64,000 nt of DNA from a virus (Duplodnaviria; Caudoviricetes), in IMG/VR virus record IMGVR_UViG_3300009155_000035; one strand, given 5' to 3'. The notes beneath the pieces were generated by a model, which saw only the letters and a program-made list of their open reading frames with translations, did no database searches and was not told the DNA's origin. Positions 8,972-16,136 of this stretch are shown here, piece after piece. Within the stretch, counting starts at the first letter, position 1. Every line of letters starts with the position of its first letter. Position numbers and translations under genes: made by a program.

Positions 8972-10443
8972 ACAATCTTGCACTGGGATTTAGTGTTGCA
9001 TCATCAATGCAGAACATGCTTTGGTGTTTTCTGGGGGTGTTCATTGGGACCATAGTTGGCATGTTGCCCGGAGTTGGTCCGCTGTCAGCCATTGCTATTT
9101 TATTGCCGCTGACCTATACTCTGGGAGATCCTGCCACTGGAATTATTTTCCTAGCTGGTATCTATTATGGTACGCAGTACGGAGGATCAACCACAAGTAT
9201 TCTGTTGAACATGCCCGGGGAGGCAGCGTCGGTGGTTACGACCATTGACGGGTACCAAATGACACGTCGTGGGCGCGGTGGTGCGGCCTTGGCAGTTGCG
9301 GCCCTGGGCTCATTTGTGGCCGGTACTTTGGCCACTGTGTTGGTCGCCTTGGTAGGCGAGCCATTGGCCAAAGTTGCATATATTTTTGGCCCAACGGAAT
9401 TTACAGCACTAATGACTCTGGGGCTAGTATCTGCTGTGGCACTCAGCAATGGTTCATTACTCAAAGGCCTAGGTGTGGTTATCATAGGATTTTTGCTGGG
9501 CATGGTTGGCGCCGACGTAAATTCTGGTGTTGTGCGATTTGACTTTGGCATTCCTGAATTATATGATGGGTTGCCTTTTCCAATCTTGGCCATGGGGGTA
9601 TTTGGACTCAGCGAAATTTTGTACAGCATGTTGCATGACAAGACTCCAAAAAAAGTAGAAATTCCCAAGATTTCAGACTTGTATCCAACAAGAGAAGAAC
9701 TCAACAAATCAGTGAAGCCTATTTTGCGTGGCACAGCCTTGGGATCATTTTTGGGATTGATTCCCGGGTCTGGTGGTATTGTAAGTTCATTTGCCAGCTA
9801 CGCAATCGAAAAGAAAATGTCAAAGACTCCCTGGGAGTTTGGCAAGGGTGCAATTGAAGGTGTTGCTGGTCCTGAAAGTGCCAACAATGCCAGCGCACAA
9901 ACAGGCTTTATTCCCATGTTGAGCTTGGGTATTCCCACTACCAGTAGCATGAGCTTGATGATGGCGGCACTGATGTCGTTTAACATACAACCAGGGCCCA
10001 TGGCAATTTCTAGCAACCCAACATTGTTCTGGGGATTGATTGTGTCTATGTGGATTGGTAACATCATGTTGGTGATTTTAAACTATCCCATGGTGGGTCT
10101 GTGGGTGCGCTTGTTGCAAATTCCAAGATGGGTTTTGTTTCCCACGGTGATTGTGATTTGCGTTGCCGGGACATACTATATCAACAATCAATGGTTCTCA
10201 GTACTGCTGTTGATACCGTTTACTATAATTGGATATCTACTCAAAGCACTGGAATGTGAACCGGCTCCAATGGCCATGGGTTTTGTAGTTGGCGCACTTT
10301 TTGAGGAATACTTGAAACGAGCCCTGTCAATCTCCGAAGGATCTTGGATGATATTCTTAAATAGTAATATTTCATTATCTTTGCTGAGTCTCACTGCGAT
10401 CTTGACAGCTTATGGGATTTATGCTAAACTACGTAAAAATTAA
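8959..10443 (+). CDS. tctA: Tripartite tricarboxylate transporter permease TctA
   Basis: GTIVGMLPGVG, GIYYGTQYGGSTTSILLNMPGE, GVAGPESANNA, LSLGIP; very hydrophobic 494 aa. Confidence 0.93.
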   Translation: MEIINNLALGFSVASSMQNMLWCFLGVFIGTIVGMLPGVGPLSAIAILLPLTYTLGDPATGIIFLAGIYYGTQYGGSTTSILLNMPGEAASVVTTIDGYQMTRRGRGGAALAVAALGSFVAGTLATVLVALVGEPLAKVAYIFGPTEFTALMTLGLVSAVALSNGSLLKGLGVVIIGFLLGMVGADVNSGVVRFDFGIPELYDGLPFPILAMGVFGLSEILYSMLHDKTPKKVEIPKISDLYPTREELNKSVKPILRGTALGSFLGLIPGSGGIVSSFASYAIEKKMSKTPWEFGKGAIEGVAGPESANNASAQTGFIPMLSLGIPTTSSMSLMMAALMSFNIQPGPMAISSNPTLFWGLIVSMWIGNIMLVILNYPMVGLWVRLLQIPRWVLFPTVIVICVAGTYYINNQWFSVLLLIPFTIIGYLLKALECEPAPMAMGFVVGALFEEYLKRALSISEGSWMIFLNSNISLSLLSLTAILTAYGIYAKLRKN

Positions 10444-10457
10444 GAAAGGAGGGCACT

Positions 10458-11045
10458 ATGCCAGCAGTATTTTTGGTCAGCGACACGCACTTTGGTCACG
10501 CTGGTGTGTGCCGCTTCACTCATCCCAACGATCCTGAAGTAAAATTACGTCCATGGACTGATCCAGATGAAATGGATGAGGAGATGGTTCGACGTTGGAA
10601 CGACCGTGTGCGTCCCAATGACAAAGTTTACCATTTGGGAGATGTTGTTATTAATCGCCGAGCATTAAAGACAGTGGGTCGGTTGAACGGGGACAAGGTG
10701 TTGATCCGTGGCAATCATGACATCTTCCGCGACAATGAGTATCGTGAGTACTTTCGTGAGTTGCGAGCATACCATGTCATGAACGGAATGATTCTTTCAC
10801 ATATTCCTATTCACACAGCAAGTTTGGGTAGGTTTGGTGTTAACATTCACGGACACTTGCACGCCACTCGTGTGATGTATGAAGATCCGTTTGACGCATT
10901 TGAGTCCAAGATTGATACACGCTATCATTGTGTATGTGTGGAACAAACTGATTTTGCACCTATCTTGTTTGAAGATGTGATCAAGCGCATCGAAGCAGAA
11001 GGTGGTAGTGTGGGTTTTAGGAACGGCAACGGTCCTACAATGTGA
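10458..11045 (+). CDS. Calcineurin-like metallophosphoesterase
   Basis: SDTHFGH, HLGDV, RGNHD, HGHLH motifs. Confidence 0.88.
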   Translation: MPAVFLVSDTHFGHAGVCRFTHPNDPEVKLRPWTDPDEMDEEMVRRWNDRVRPNDKVYHLGDVVINRRALKTVGRLNGDKVLIRGNHDIFRDNEYREYFRELRAYHVMNGMILSHIPIHTASLGRFGVNIHGHLHATRVMYEDPFDAFESKIDTRYHCVCVEQTDFAPILFEDVIKRIEAEGGSVGFRNGNGPTM

Positions 11046-11049
11046 CAAT

Positions 11050-11124
11050 CTGGCCATAGTATAATGGATAATACAGTAGCCTTCTAAGCTATCAATCTAG
11101 GTTCGATTCCTAGTGGCCGGGCCA
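11050..11124 (+). tRNA. tRNA-Arg(TCT)
   Basis: Cloverleaf by hand; loop CT-TCT-AA; encoded CCA. Confidence 0.92.
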
Positions 11125-11214
11125 AGTTATTCAGAATGTGTCAACTAAACTTGATACTAAAGCGTTATATATGTGTAGGATATAAATTCTACGTAACATA
11201 GAAGGAAACTTATC

Positions 11215-11430
11215 ATGAAATTAGTCGCAACATTGATCGCTACTGCATTTGCAGTTACCGCTTTCGCCGCAGAACCTGCCAAGAAAGAAGAAAAGAAAGC
11301 TGATGCCAAGCCTGCTGTTACAGCACCGGCCCCTGCCGCTACTGCGCCAGCAACGCCTGCTAAAAGTGAGTCTGCTAAGAAAGACGCACCTAAAGCAGAC
11401 GCCAAGGCCGCTACTCCGGCTGCGAAGTGA
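11215..11430 (+). CDS. Small secreted Ala/Lys/Pro-rich protein
   Basis: Signal peptide MKLVATLIATAFAVTAFA followed by a low-complexity tail; GAAGGA RBS. Confidence 0.7.
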   Translation: MKLVATLIATAFAVTAFAAEPAKKEEKKADAKPAVTAPAPAATAPATPAKSESAKKDAPKADAKAATPAAK

Positions 11431-11591
11431 TCTAGATGAAGGTGACTTTGTTATCGATGACGAAGTCGCCCTTGGTCGTAATCTAAGAGCACGTAATTTT
11501 GGTAAAATAGTTCATGAAAATATTGTTTTATCAGATTATGTAAATTTTAGATTATGGCTAGCTAGACAATTAGCAATGAAAAAGTATGATG

Positions 11592-11619
11592 AAGTCTGGG
11601 GGTAAAATCCCAGACTTTT
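11592..11619 (+). terminator. Intrinsic terminator
   Basis: AAGTCTGGG/CCCAGACTT stem followed by TT. Confidence 0.6.
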
Positions 11620-11626
11620 CTAATTT

Positions 11627-11716
11627 GGAAGTGTGGCTGAGCCTGGTTTAAGGCAGCAGTCTTGAAAACTGTCGCTCCGAAAGGAGCCGTGAGTTCGAAT
11701 CTCACCACTTCCGCCA
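11627..11716 (+). tRNA. tRNA-Ser(TGA)
   Basis: Loop CT-TGA-AA, long variable arm, G73, CCA. Confidence 0.93.
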
Positions 11717-11733
11717 ACTTATAAGGATTGTTA

Positions 11734-12294
11734 ATGAAGATTTCCATCACTGGACACACACAAGGAATTGGTCAAGCATTATACCAAGGTTGGGTCAAAC
11801 AAGGTCATGATGTACGTGGCTTTAGCCGAAGCAACGGATATGATATTTCCACTGACCAGGGAATTGACCAAATTGTCAACGAGTGTGTGGACTGTGATGT
11901 GTTTGTTAACAATGCATATGATGCCAGCAAGAGAGATAGCCTTGCTGGATTTGCGCAAACTGTTCTACTGTATAAATTATGGGTTGCCTGGCAAGGACAA
12001 GACCGGACCATTATTGCTGTTGGTAGTAGAATGGTAGATGCTGTTCAGCCAAGAGTGTATCCATATCTCGCACACAAGACAGCATTGGATACTGCTGTTC
12101 ATCAACTTAGACTAGTGCAACAAACTAGTCCCAAAATTTTGTATGTCAAGCCCGGCTTGATTGACACCAACATGGTTGCAAATGTCACAGGATATAGCAA
12201 GTTGGATCCACAAGAAATCTTTAACGCATGTGATTGGGCACTCAACAACCCGTCGCAAATACTTGACCTAAGCATAGGGTCTTTAGGAATCTAG
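11734..12294 (+). CDS. Short-chain dehydrogenase/reductase
   Basis: TGHTQGIG, FVNNA, YLAHK (YxxxK). Confidence 0.8.
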   Translation: MKISITGHTQGIGQALYQGWVKQGHDVRGFSRSNGYDISTDQGIDQIVNECVDCDVFVNNAYDASKRDSLAGFAQTVLLYKLWVAWQGQDRTIIAVGSRMVDAVQPRVYPYLAHKTALDTAVHQLRLVQQTSPKILYVKPGLIDTNMVANVTGYSKLDPQEIFNACDWALNNPSQILDLSIGSLGI

Positions 12295-12323
12295 TTGACT
12301 GTAAGTGACAATGGTGTTATACT
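12295..12323 (+). promoter_or_regulatory. sigma70 promoter P1 of the tRNA/ncRNA operon
   Basis: TTGACT-17-TATACT. Confidence 0.75.
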
Positions 12324-12396
12324 AGAGTTAAGTTAGAAGCATAAGTGTTCCTAATGTGCAACTGGAAAATGTTGTAAAAATACAACAAAAAAACAG

Positions 12397-12425
12397 TTGA
12401 CACAAAAAAACAAGTGTCGTACAAT
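12397..12425 (+). promoter_or_regulatory. sigma70 promoter P2 of the tRNA/ncRNA operon
   Basis: TTGACA-17-TACAAT preceded by an A-rich UP-element-like tract. Confidence 0.85.
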
Positions 12426-12435
12426 TGATACTTGC

Positions 12436-12463
12436 GCTGATAACTCAGCAATGTTCTTTAAAA
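12436..12463 (+). promoter_or_regulatory. boxB-like hairpin plus boxA-like antitermination site
   Basis: GCTGA-TAAC-TCAGC, then TGTTCTTTAAAA (rrn boxA consensus TGCTCTTTAACA). Confidence 0.6.
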
Positions 12464-12500
12464 ATTTGCATTTCATGTAGTGATCCCGGGCTTGCTCGGG

Positions 12501-12765
12501 CACTATATGTAAACACACTAAGGTTACCTACACTGTTAGGGGTGAACGAAGGGCGATTGCGTAGAAGAAATTCTCGGCCTTGATACCCATGAAGCAGGAA
12601 GCCCGAAATAGATACCTGAGCCGATACCAAAGGCAACGAGTGGTTGAAATAGGGAACAACTTCCGGGAATGCGACAGGCTAAACAGTAGGCAGTAATGAG
12701 AAAAAACGTAGGTCGCCAGGTGGTGCTGAGATTTATATCCTTCCTTAATGTGTTTTCATATAGTG
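12501..12765 (+). ncRNA. Candidate ~220-nt structured RNA enclosed by a 23-bp stem
   Basis: CACTATATGTAAACACACTAAGG (12501-12523) pairs with CCTTAATGTGTTTTCATATAGTG (12743-12765) with 2 mismatches; no convincing ORF. Confidence 0.55.
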
Positions 12766-12770
12766 AATAT

Positions 12771-12846
12771 GGTCTTAAAGTGTTCATGGACGCACGACGG
12801 CTTGTCACGCCGTAAGAGTGGGGATCGTTACCCCCTAAGACCGCCA
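12771..12846 (+). tRNA. tRNA-Asp(GTC)
   Basis: Loop TT-GTC-AC; atypical T-loop ATCGTTA; CCA. Confidence 0.85.
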
Positions 12847-12925
12847 AGTTTTGAGAGTCACATCGCCTGGACACTTCCCTCGGTGACGAAGCACTAGGTC
12901 CTGCAACCGTGACTCTCCTTTATTT

Positions 12926-13000
12926 GCTCGATTCGTCTATCGGTTAGGACATCTGGTTTTCATCCAGGCAAGAGCGGTTCGACTCCGCTATCGAGTACCA
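12926..13000 (+). tRNA. tRNA-Glu(TTC)
   Basis: Loop TT-TTC-AT; CCA. Confidence 0.92.
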
Positions 13001-13005
13001 AACAT

Positions 13006-13091
13006 GGAGATGTGGCAGAGCGGTTGATTGCACCAGACTGTAAATCTGGCCCCTAAAAAGCACGGTGGTTCAAATCCATCCATCTCCACCA
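13006..13091 (+). tRNA. tRNA-Tyr(GTA)
   Basis: Loop CT-GTA-AA, long variable region, CCA. Confidence 0.92.
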
Positions 13092-13094
13092 AGA

Positions 13095-13292
13095 ACGTTC
13101 CGGGTGTCTCCGGATAGTGTGACCCACACGATGAGAAGTAGTGTGACAACTACGGGTGGTAGTCTTCGAACCCAAAGGCCGCTGGCAATGCGAGAACGGT
13201 CCCTGTCGGGAAGCGGGTGGAAGGAGTGTGTGATGGGTATGATAGCGTCATATCTTGATACTCTATAATTACCGCCGGGGGATGCAGAGCAT
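13095..13292 (+). ncRNA. Candidate ~200-nt multi-hairpin RNA
   Basis: GC-rich run of hairpins (TCCGG/CCGGA, GTGTG/CACAC, GTAGT/ACTAC, TATGA/TCATA) directly after tRNA-Tyr. Confidence 0.45.
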
Positions 13293-13297
13293 TTTTG

Positions 13298-13455
13298 TTT
13301 TTATAGTCAAGCATCGATACAGGTATCGTTGTGGGACGCCACAACTATGCGGGCCTAACTGTGCGAGGAACAGGTCCTGACATAACTGCTATTCGCTTGT
13401 CAGAGGAAGCACCTTTGTTGACAAATCGGCATCTCTCGATGCTTGACTATAAAAA
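13298..13455 (+). ncRNA. Candidate RNA enclosed by a perfect 20-bp inverted repeat
   Basis: TTTTTATAGTCAAGCATCGA / TCGATGCTTGACTATAAAAA flanking ~118 nt with internal hairpins. Confidence 0.55.
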
Positions 13456-13458
13456 TAT

Positions 13459-13536
13459 GTAGGGATGGCAGAGTGGTCAAATGCAACGGACTGCAAATCC
13501 GTAAAGCCGTGAGTTCAAATCTCACTCCCTACTCCA
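13459..13536 (+). tRNA. tRNA-Cys(GCA)
   Basis: Loop CT-GCA-AA; U73; CCA. Confidence 0.92.
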
Positions 13537-13544
13537 ATCAACAC

Positions 13545-13645
13545 GGGAGAGTTGCTAATATTGGCCTTAGGGCGAGCCTTATAAACTCGTAAGCACTGTC
13601 TAGATAAGGCAGCGAATGTGGGTTCGATTCCCACCTCTCCTACCA
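13545..13645 (+). tRNA. Atypical tRNA with TAT anticodon (nominally Ile/AUA) and a long variable arm
   Basis: 7-bp acceptor GGGAGAG/CTCTCCT, canonical T-arm, loop CT-TAT-AA, extra arm CTGTCT..AGGCAG, A73, CCA; 101 nt. Confidence 0.75.
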
Positions 13646-13661
13646 TTAAGTAAGTTTTAAC

Positions 13662-13736
13662 CGCGGGGTACGTCAGCGGTAGACTAGCGGGCTCATAACC
13701 CGAAAGACGGAGGTTCGATTCCTTCCCCCGCAACCA
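13662..13736 (+). tRNA. Initiator tRNA-fMet(CAT)
   Basis: C1:A72 mismatch and three G:C pairs next to the anticodon loop. Confidence 0.92.
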
Positions 13737-13741
13737 TTTGT

Positions 13742-13815
13742 GTATCCCTGGTGTAATGGCAGCATCGCAGTCTCCAAAACTGTTGGTCGGGGTTCGAGTC
13801 CCTGGGGGTACGCCA
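13742..13815 (+). tRNA. tRNA-Trp(CCA)
   Basis: Loop CT-CCA-AA; CCA. Confidence 0.92.
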
Positions 13816-13820
13816 TGTTT

Positions 13821-13894
13821 GGGCTGGTAGTTAAATGGGATAACGGTGGCTTTGCAAGCCTCAGTTGGGAGTTCGATTCTCCCTCGGTCCACCA
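13821..13894 (+). tRNA. tRNA-Ala(TGC)
   Basis: Loop TT-TGC-AA; G3:U70 identity pair; CCA. Confidence 0.9.
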
Positions 13895-13917
13895 AACATA
13901 TGATATATAAGGATATT

Positions 13918-14352
13918 ATGTTGCACTTAATCAAATCTGTTTCTGATTCGTTCGTTGAGTGTCTTAAGCAAGATCCTGTGCGCCCGCATATTCCTGAATC
14001 ATTGAGAGTTGGTAACAACCGCGATATCTTTGTGTCGCGAAAGGAAGATGCAGGTGCTCGAGCAGTTACTTGTGTAAGTTACCAACAACGCATCCCGGAA
14101 AGTGAAAATGAACTTTTCGAGGATACTGACACCCCCGAGGTTGTAGTTTTCTATACTATATGGAGCTATGAACCCGGTGCCGGTCGTGATTTAATCTTTG
14201 AGGCTCGAGACTGGATTCTAAAAAATCGCCCCGAGATCAAAAGATTTATAACCTTGAGTCCACCAACTGAAATGGCTCGAAGGTTTCACCTAAAGAATGG
14301 TGCTATAGTACATCGTGTCAATCAGAGCACAGTGAACTACGAGTACCTTTGA
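13918..14352 (+). CDS. Hypothetical protein, possibly GNAT-like fold
   Basis: ATG 13918 after AAGGA; VFYTIWSYEPGAGRDLI...TLSPPTEMARRFHLKNGA. Confidence 0.65.
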   Translation: MLHLIKSVSDSFVECLKQDPVRPHIPESLRVGNNRDIFVSRKEDAGARAVTCVSYQQRIPESENELFEDTDTPEVVVFYTIWSYEPGAGRDLIFEARDWILKNRPEIKRFITLSPPTEMARRFHLKNGAIVHRVNQSTVNYEYL

Positions 14353-14358
14353 CATTAT

Positions 14359-14434
14359 TGGGGGTTCGCCAAGTTGGTAAGGCATCGGATTTTGATTCCG
14401 ACATGCGGTGGTTCGAATCCATCACCCTCAGCCA
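14359..14434 (+). tRNA. tRNA-Gln(TTG)
   Basis: Loop TT-TTG-AT; CCA. Confidence 0.92.
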
Positions 14435-14455
14435 AATTTTACAATGGAGAATGAC

Positions 14456-14476
14456 ATGAAACGTACCAAACGTTAG
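14456..14476 (+). other. Mini-ORF MKRTKR* with RBS, followed by a hairpin
   Basis: GGAG RBS, ATG AAA CGT ACC AAA CGT TAG, then GTCATAGAC/GTCTATGAT stem. Confidence 0.35.
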
Positions 14477-14536
14477 TGTCGTCATAGACTTCCGTAGGTC
14501 TATGATTGGCACGTAAAATCAATTAATACGACTTAT

Positions 14537-14612
14537 GGGACTATAGCTCAGCCGGTAGAGCAGTGGACTTTTAATCCATTGGTCGCGAGTTCGAATCTCG
14601 CTGGTCCTACCA
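14537..14612 (+). tRNA. tRNA-Lys(TTT)
   Basis: Loop CT-TTT-AA; CCA. Confidence 0.93.
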
Positions 14613-14697
14613 TATAAAAACACATTACCAACGGTATCGCTTGTAGCAAAGCCCGTGCCAAAGTAGTCAGTCTAGGATAGTGTGTTTCTATATGGTA
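14608..14697 (+). ncRNA. Long-stem element closing a 52-nt loop
   Basis: TACCATATAAAAACACATT / AGTGTGTTTCTATATGGTA. Confidence 0.4.
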
Positions 14698-14724
14698 TTT
14701 TAGAAATAAGTATTAATGAGTTTT

Positions 14725-14799
14725 GCCCTTGTAGCTCACTGGTAGAGCACTCGCCTTGTAAGCGATAGGTAGTTAGTTCGATTCTAACCTGGGGCACCA
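14725..14799 (+). tRNA. tRNA-Thr(TGT)
   Basis: Loop CT-TGT-AA; CCA. Confidence 0.92.
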
Positions 14800-14805
14800 A
14801 AATTT

Positions 14806-14879
14806 GCGGGGTTCGTATAGTGGTAATACCTCAGCCTTCCAAGCTGATGCGGAGAGTTCGATTCTCTTACCCCGCTCCA
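14806..14879 (+). tRNA. tRNA-Gly(TCC)
   Basis: Loop CT-TCC-AA; U73; CCA. Confidence 0.93.
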
Positions 14880-14887
14880 TAGTTTAT

Positions 14888-14963
14888 TCCCTAGTAGCTC
14901 AGAGGTAGTAGCAACGGACTGTTAATCCGTGTGTCGGTGGTTCGATCCCACCCTGGGGAGCCA
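14888..14963 (+). tRNA. tRNA-Asn(GTT)
   Basis: Loop CT-GTT-AA; CCA. Confidence 0.93.
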
Positions 14964-14969
14964 AGTTTT

Positions 14970-15046
<77 letters not shown>

Positions 15047-15056
15047 GTTTTAGTAT

Positions 15057-15134
15057 ACCGCCTTAGCTCAATTGGATCAGAGCACTGTGCTACGAACGCA
15101 GGGGTTAGGAGTTCAAATCTCTTAGGTGGTACCA
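15057..15134 (+). tRNA. tRNA-Arg(ACG)
   Basis: Loop CT-ACG-AA; CCA. Confidence 0.92.
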
Positions 15135-15144
15135 AAGTTTACAA

Positions 15145-15234
15145 GGTGCGGTCCCATAATGGTATTGGAGCGGATTGCTAATCCGTCGAGTGGTGAAAGC
15201 CGCTTTCTGAGTTCGAGTCTCAGTCGCACCGCCA
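15145..15234 (+). tRNA. tRNA-Ser(GCT)
   Basis: Loop TT-GCT-AA; long variable arm; G73; CCA. Confidence 0.92.
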
Positions 15235-15240
15235 GTGTTT

Positions 15241-15315
15241 CGGTCTTTGGTGAAATGGATATCATGCTTGGCTTCGAACCAAGCGGTGTGGGTTCGATTC
15301 CTGCAGGACCGGCCA
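15241..15315 (+). tRNA. tRNA-Arg(TCG)
   Basis: Loop CT-TCG-AA; CCA. Confidence 0.9.
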
Positions 15316-15354
15316 AGTTTTATGTATATAAGTATATACACTCAAGGGGAAATC

Positions 15355-15654
15355 ATGTCACATGACGCAGACAAGTTTAAAAACAGCAAACGTAGACTCA
15401 AAGACGATAACGCTGTAAAAAAACAAGTTAAAATTGCCAAAGCGCATGGGTTAACTGACAATGATATTGCAGTAAAAGAGCCGCATCGCATGGTCAAACA
15501 TCATGCCATGGATTGCGGTCAACCCGGCTGCATGCTGTGCGGGAATCCGCGCAAGACATTTAACGAGCTTACTGCTCAAGAAAAACGTTTGTTTCAAGAC
15601 TTGGAAAAAGTCACAGACAAGCATTCAAATGGCACTATTCCCCCAGAAGAATAA
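15355..15654 (+). CDS. Hypothetical basic protein with a His/Cys cluster (possible Zn ligand set)
   Basis: ATG 15355 after AAGGGG; HHAMDCGQPGCMLCGNPRK. Confidence 0.7.
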   Translation: MSHDADKFKNSKRRLKDDNAVKKQVKIAKAHGLTDNDIAVKEPHRMVKHHAMDCGQPGCMLCGNPRKTFNELTAQEKRLFQDLEKVTDKHSNGTIPPEE

Positions 15655-15659
15655 ATCAT

Positions 15660-15735
15660 GGTGTTAGTAGTGTAGTGGTCTGCACATTGCTCTGTGAAAG
15701 CGAAGGTATGGGATCGTTCCCCATCTAACACCCCA
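15660..15735 (+). tRNA. tRNA-His(GTG)
   Basis: G-1:C73 pair; loop CT-GTG-AA; T-loop ATCGTTC; CCA. Confidence 0.88.
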
Positions 15736-15741
15736 AAATTT

Positions 15742-15817
15742 AGGAAGTTAGCTCAGTTGGTAGAGCATCTGCCTTACAAGCAGAATGTCATCGGTTCGAT
15801 CCCGGTACTTCCTACCA
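15742..15817 (+). tRNA. tRNA-Val(TAC)
   Basis: Loop CT-TAC-AA; CCA. Confidence 0.93.
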
Positions 15818-15829
15818 TTAATATAGTTT

Positions 15830-15905
15830 GGCGACGTAGCTCATCAGGTAGAGCGACAGACTGAAAATCTGTGCGTGGCTGGTTCGAGTCCAGCCGTTGC
15901 CACCA
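15830..15905 (+). tRNA. tRNA-Phe(GAA)
   Basis: Loop CT-GAA-AA; CCA. Confidence 0.93.
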
Positions 15906-15911
15906 GGTCAT

Positions 15912-15985
15912 AGCCGGTTAGCTCAAAGGTAGAGCACTCGACTGATAATCGAGAGACACAGGATCGATACCTGTACTGGCTACCA
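15912..15985 (+). tRNA. tRNA-Ile(GAT)
   Basis: Loop CT-GAT-AA; T-loop ATCGATA; CCA. Confidence 0.9.
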
Positions 15986-16136
15986 AAATTTTTTCTGGAA
16001 CAAAGTTAGCTCTAGGCCGATTTAACACTGGGTCTGGCACAAACTTTTGACTAGTGGTATAGGATGTTCTAGGAGTATACGGTAGCCTTGCCGATTTCGT
16101 ATACAAGATATCTGTATATGTGTTATAATCAGTCAT
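15918..16136 (-). CDS. Possible 72-aa antisense ORF under a late-type promoter
   Basis: TAAATA at 16146-16141 lies 4 nt before the ATG; the ORF fills the non-tRNA gap and runs antisense into tRNA-Ile. Confidence 0.3.
   Translation of the reverse strand: MTDYNTYTDILYTKSARLPYTPRTSYTTSQKFVPDPVLNRPRANFVPEKILVASTGIDPVSLDYQSSALPLS

Noticed and set aside
11249-11605. 118-aa ORF overlapping the Ala/Lys-rich gene
   Set aside because: The first 60 codons are a shadow frame. The 3' part (DLDEGDFVIDDE...VWG) looks protein-like but has no supportable start, so it is not called.
12612-12630. CCTGAGCCGATA, recalled as similar to a segment of E. coli 6S RNA
   Set aside because: A 12-nt match from memory only; the surrounding sequence does not clearly form the 6S rod with central bubble.
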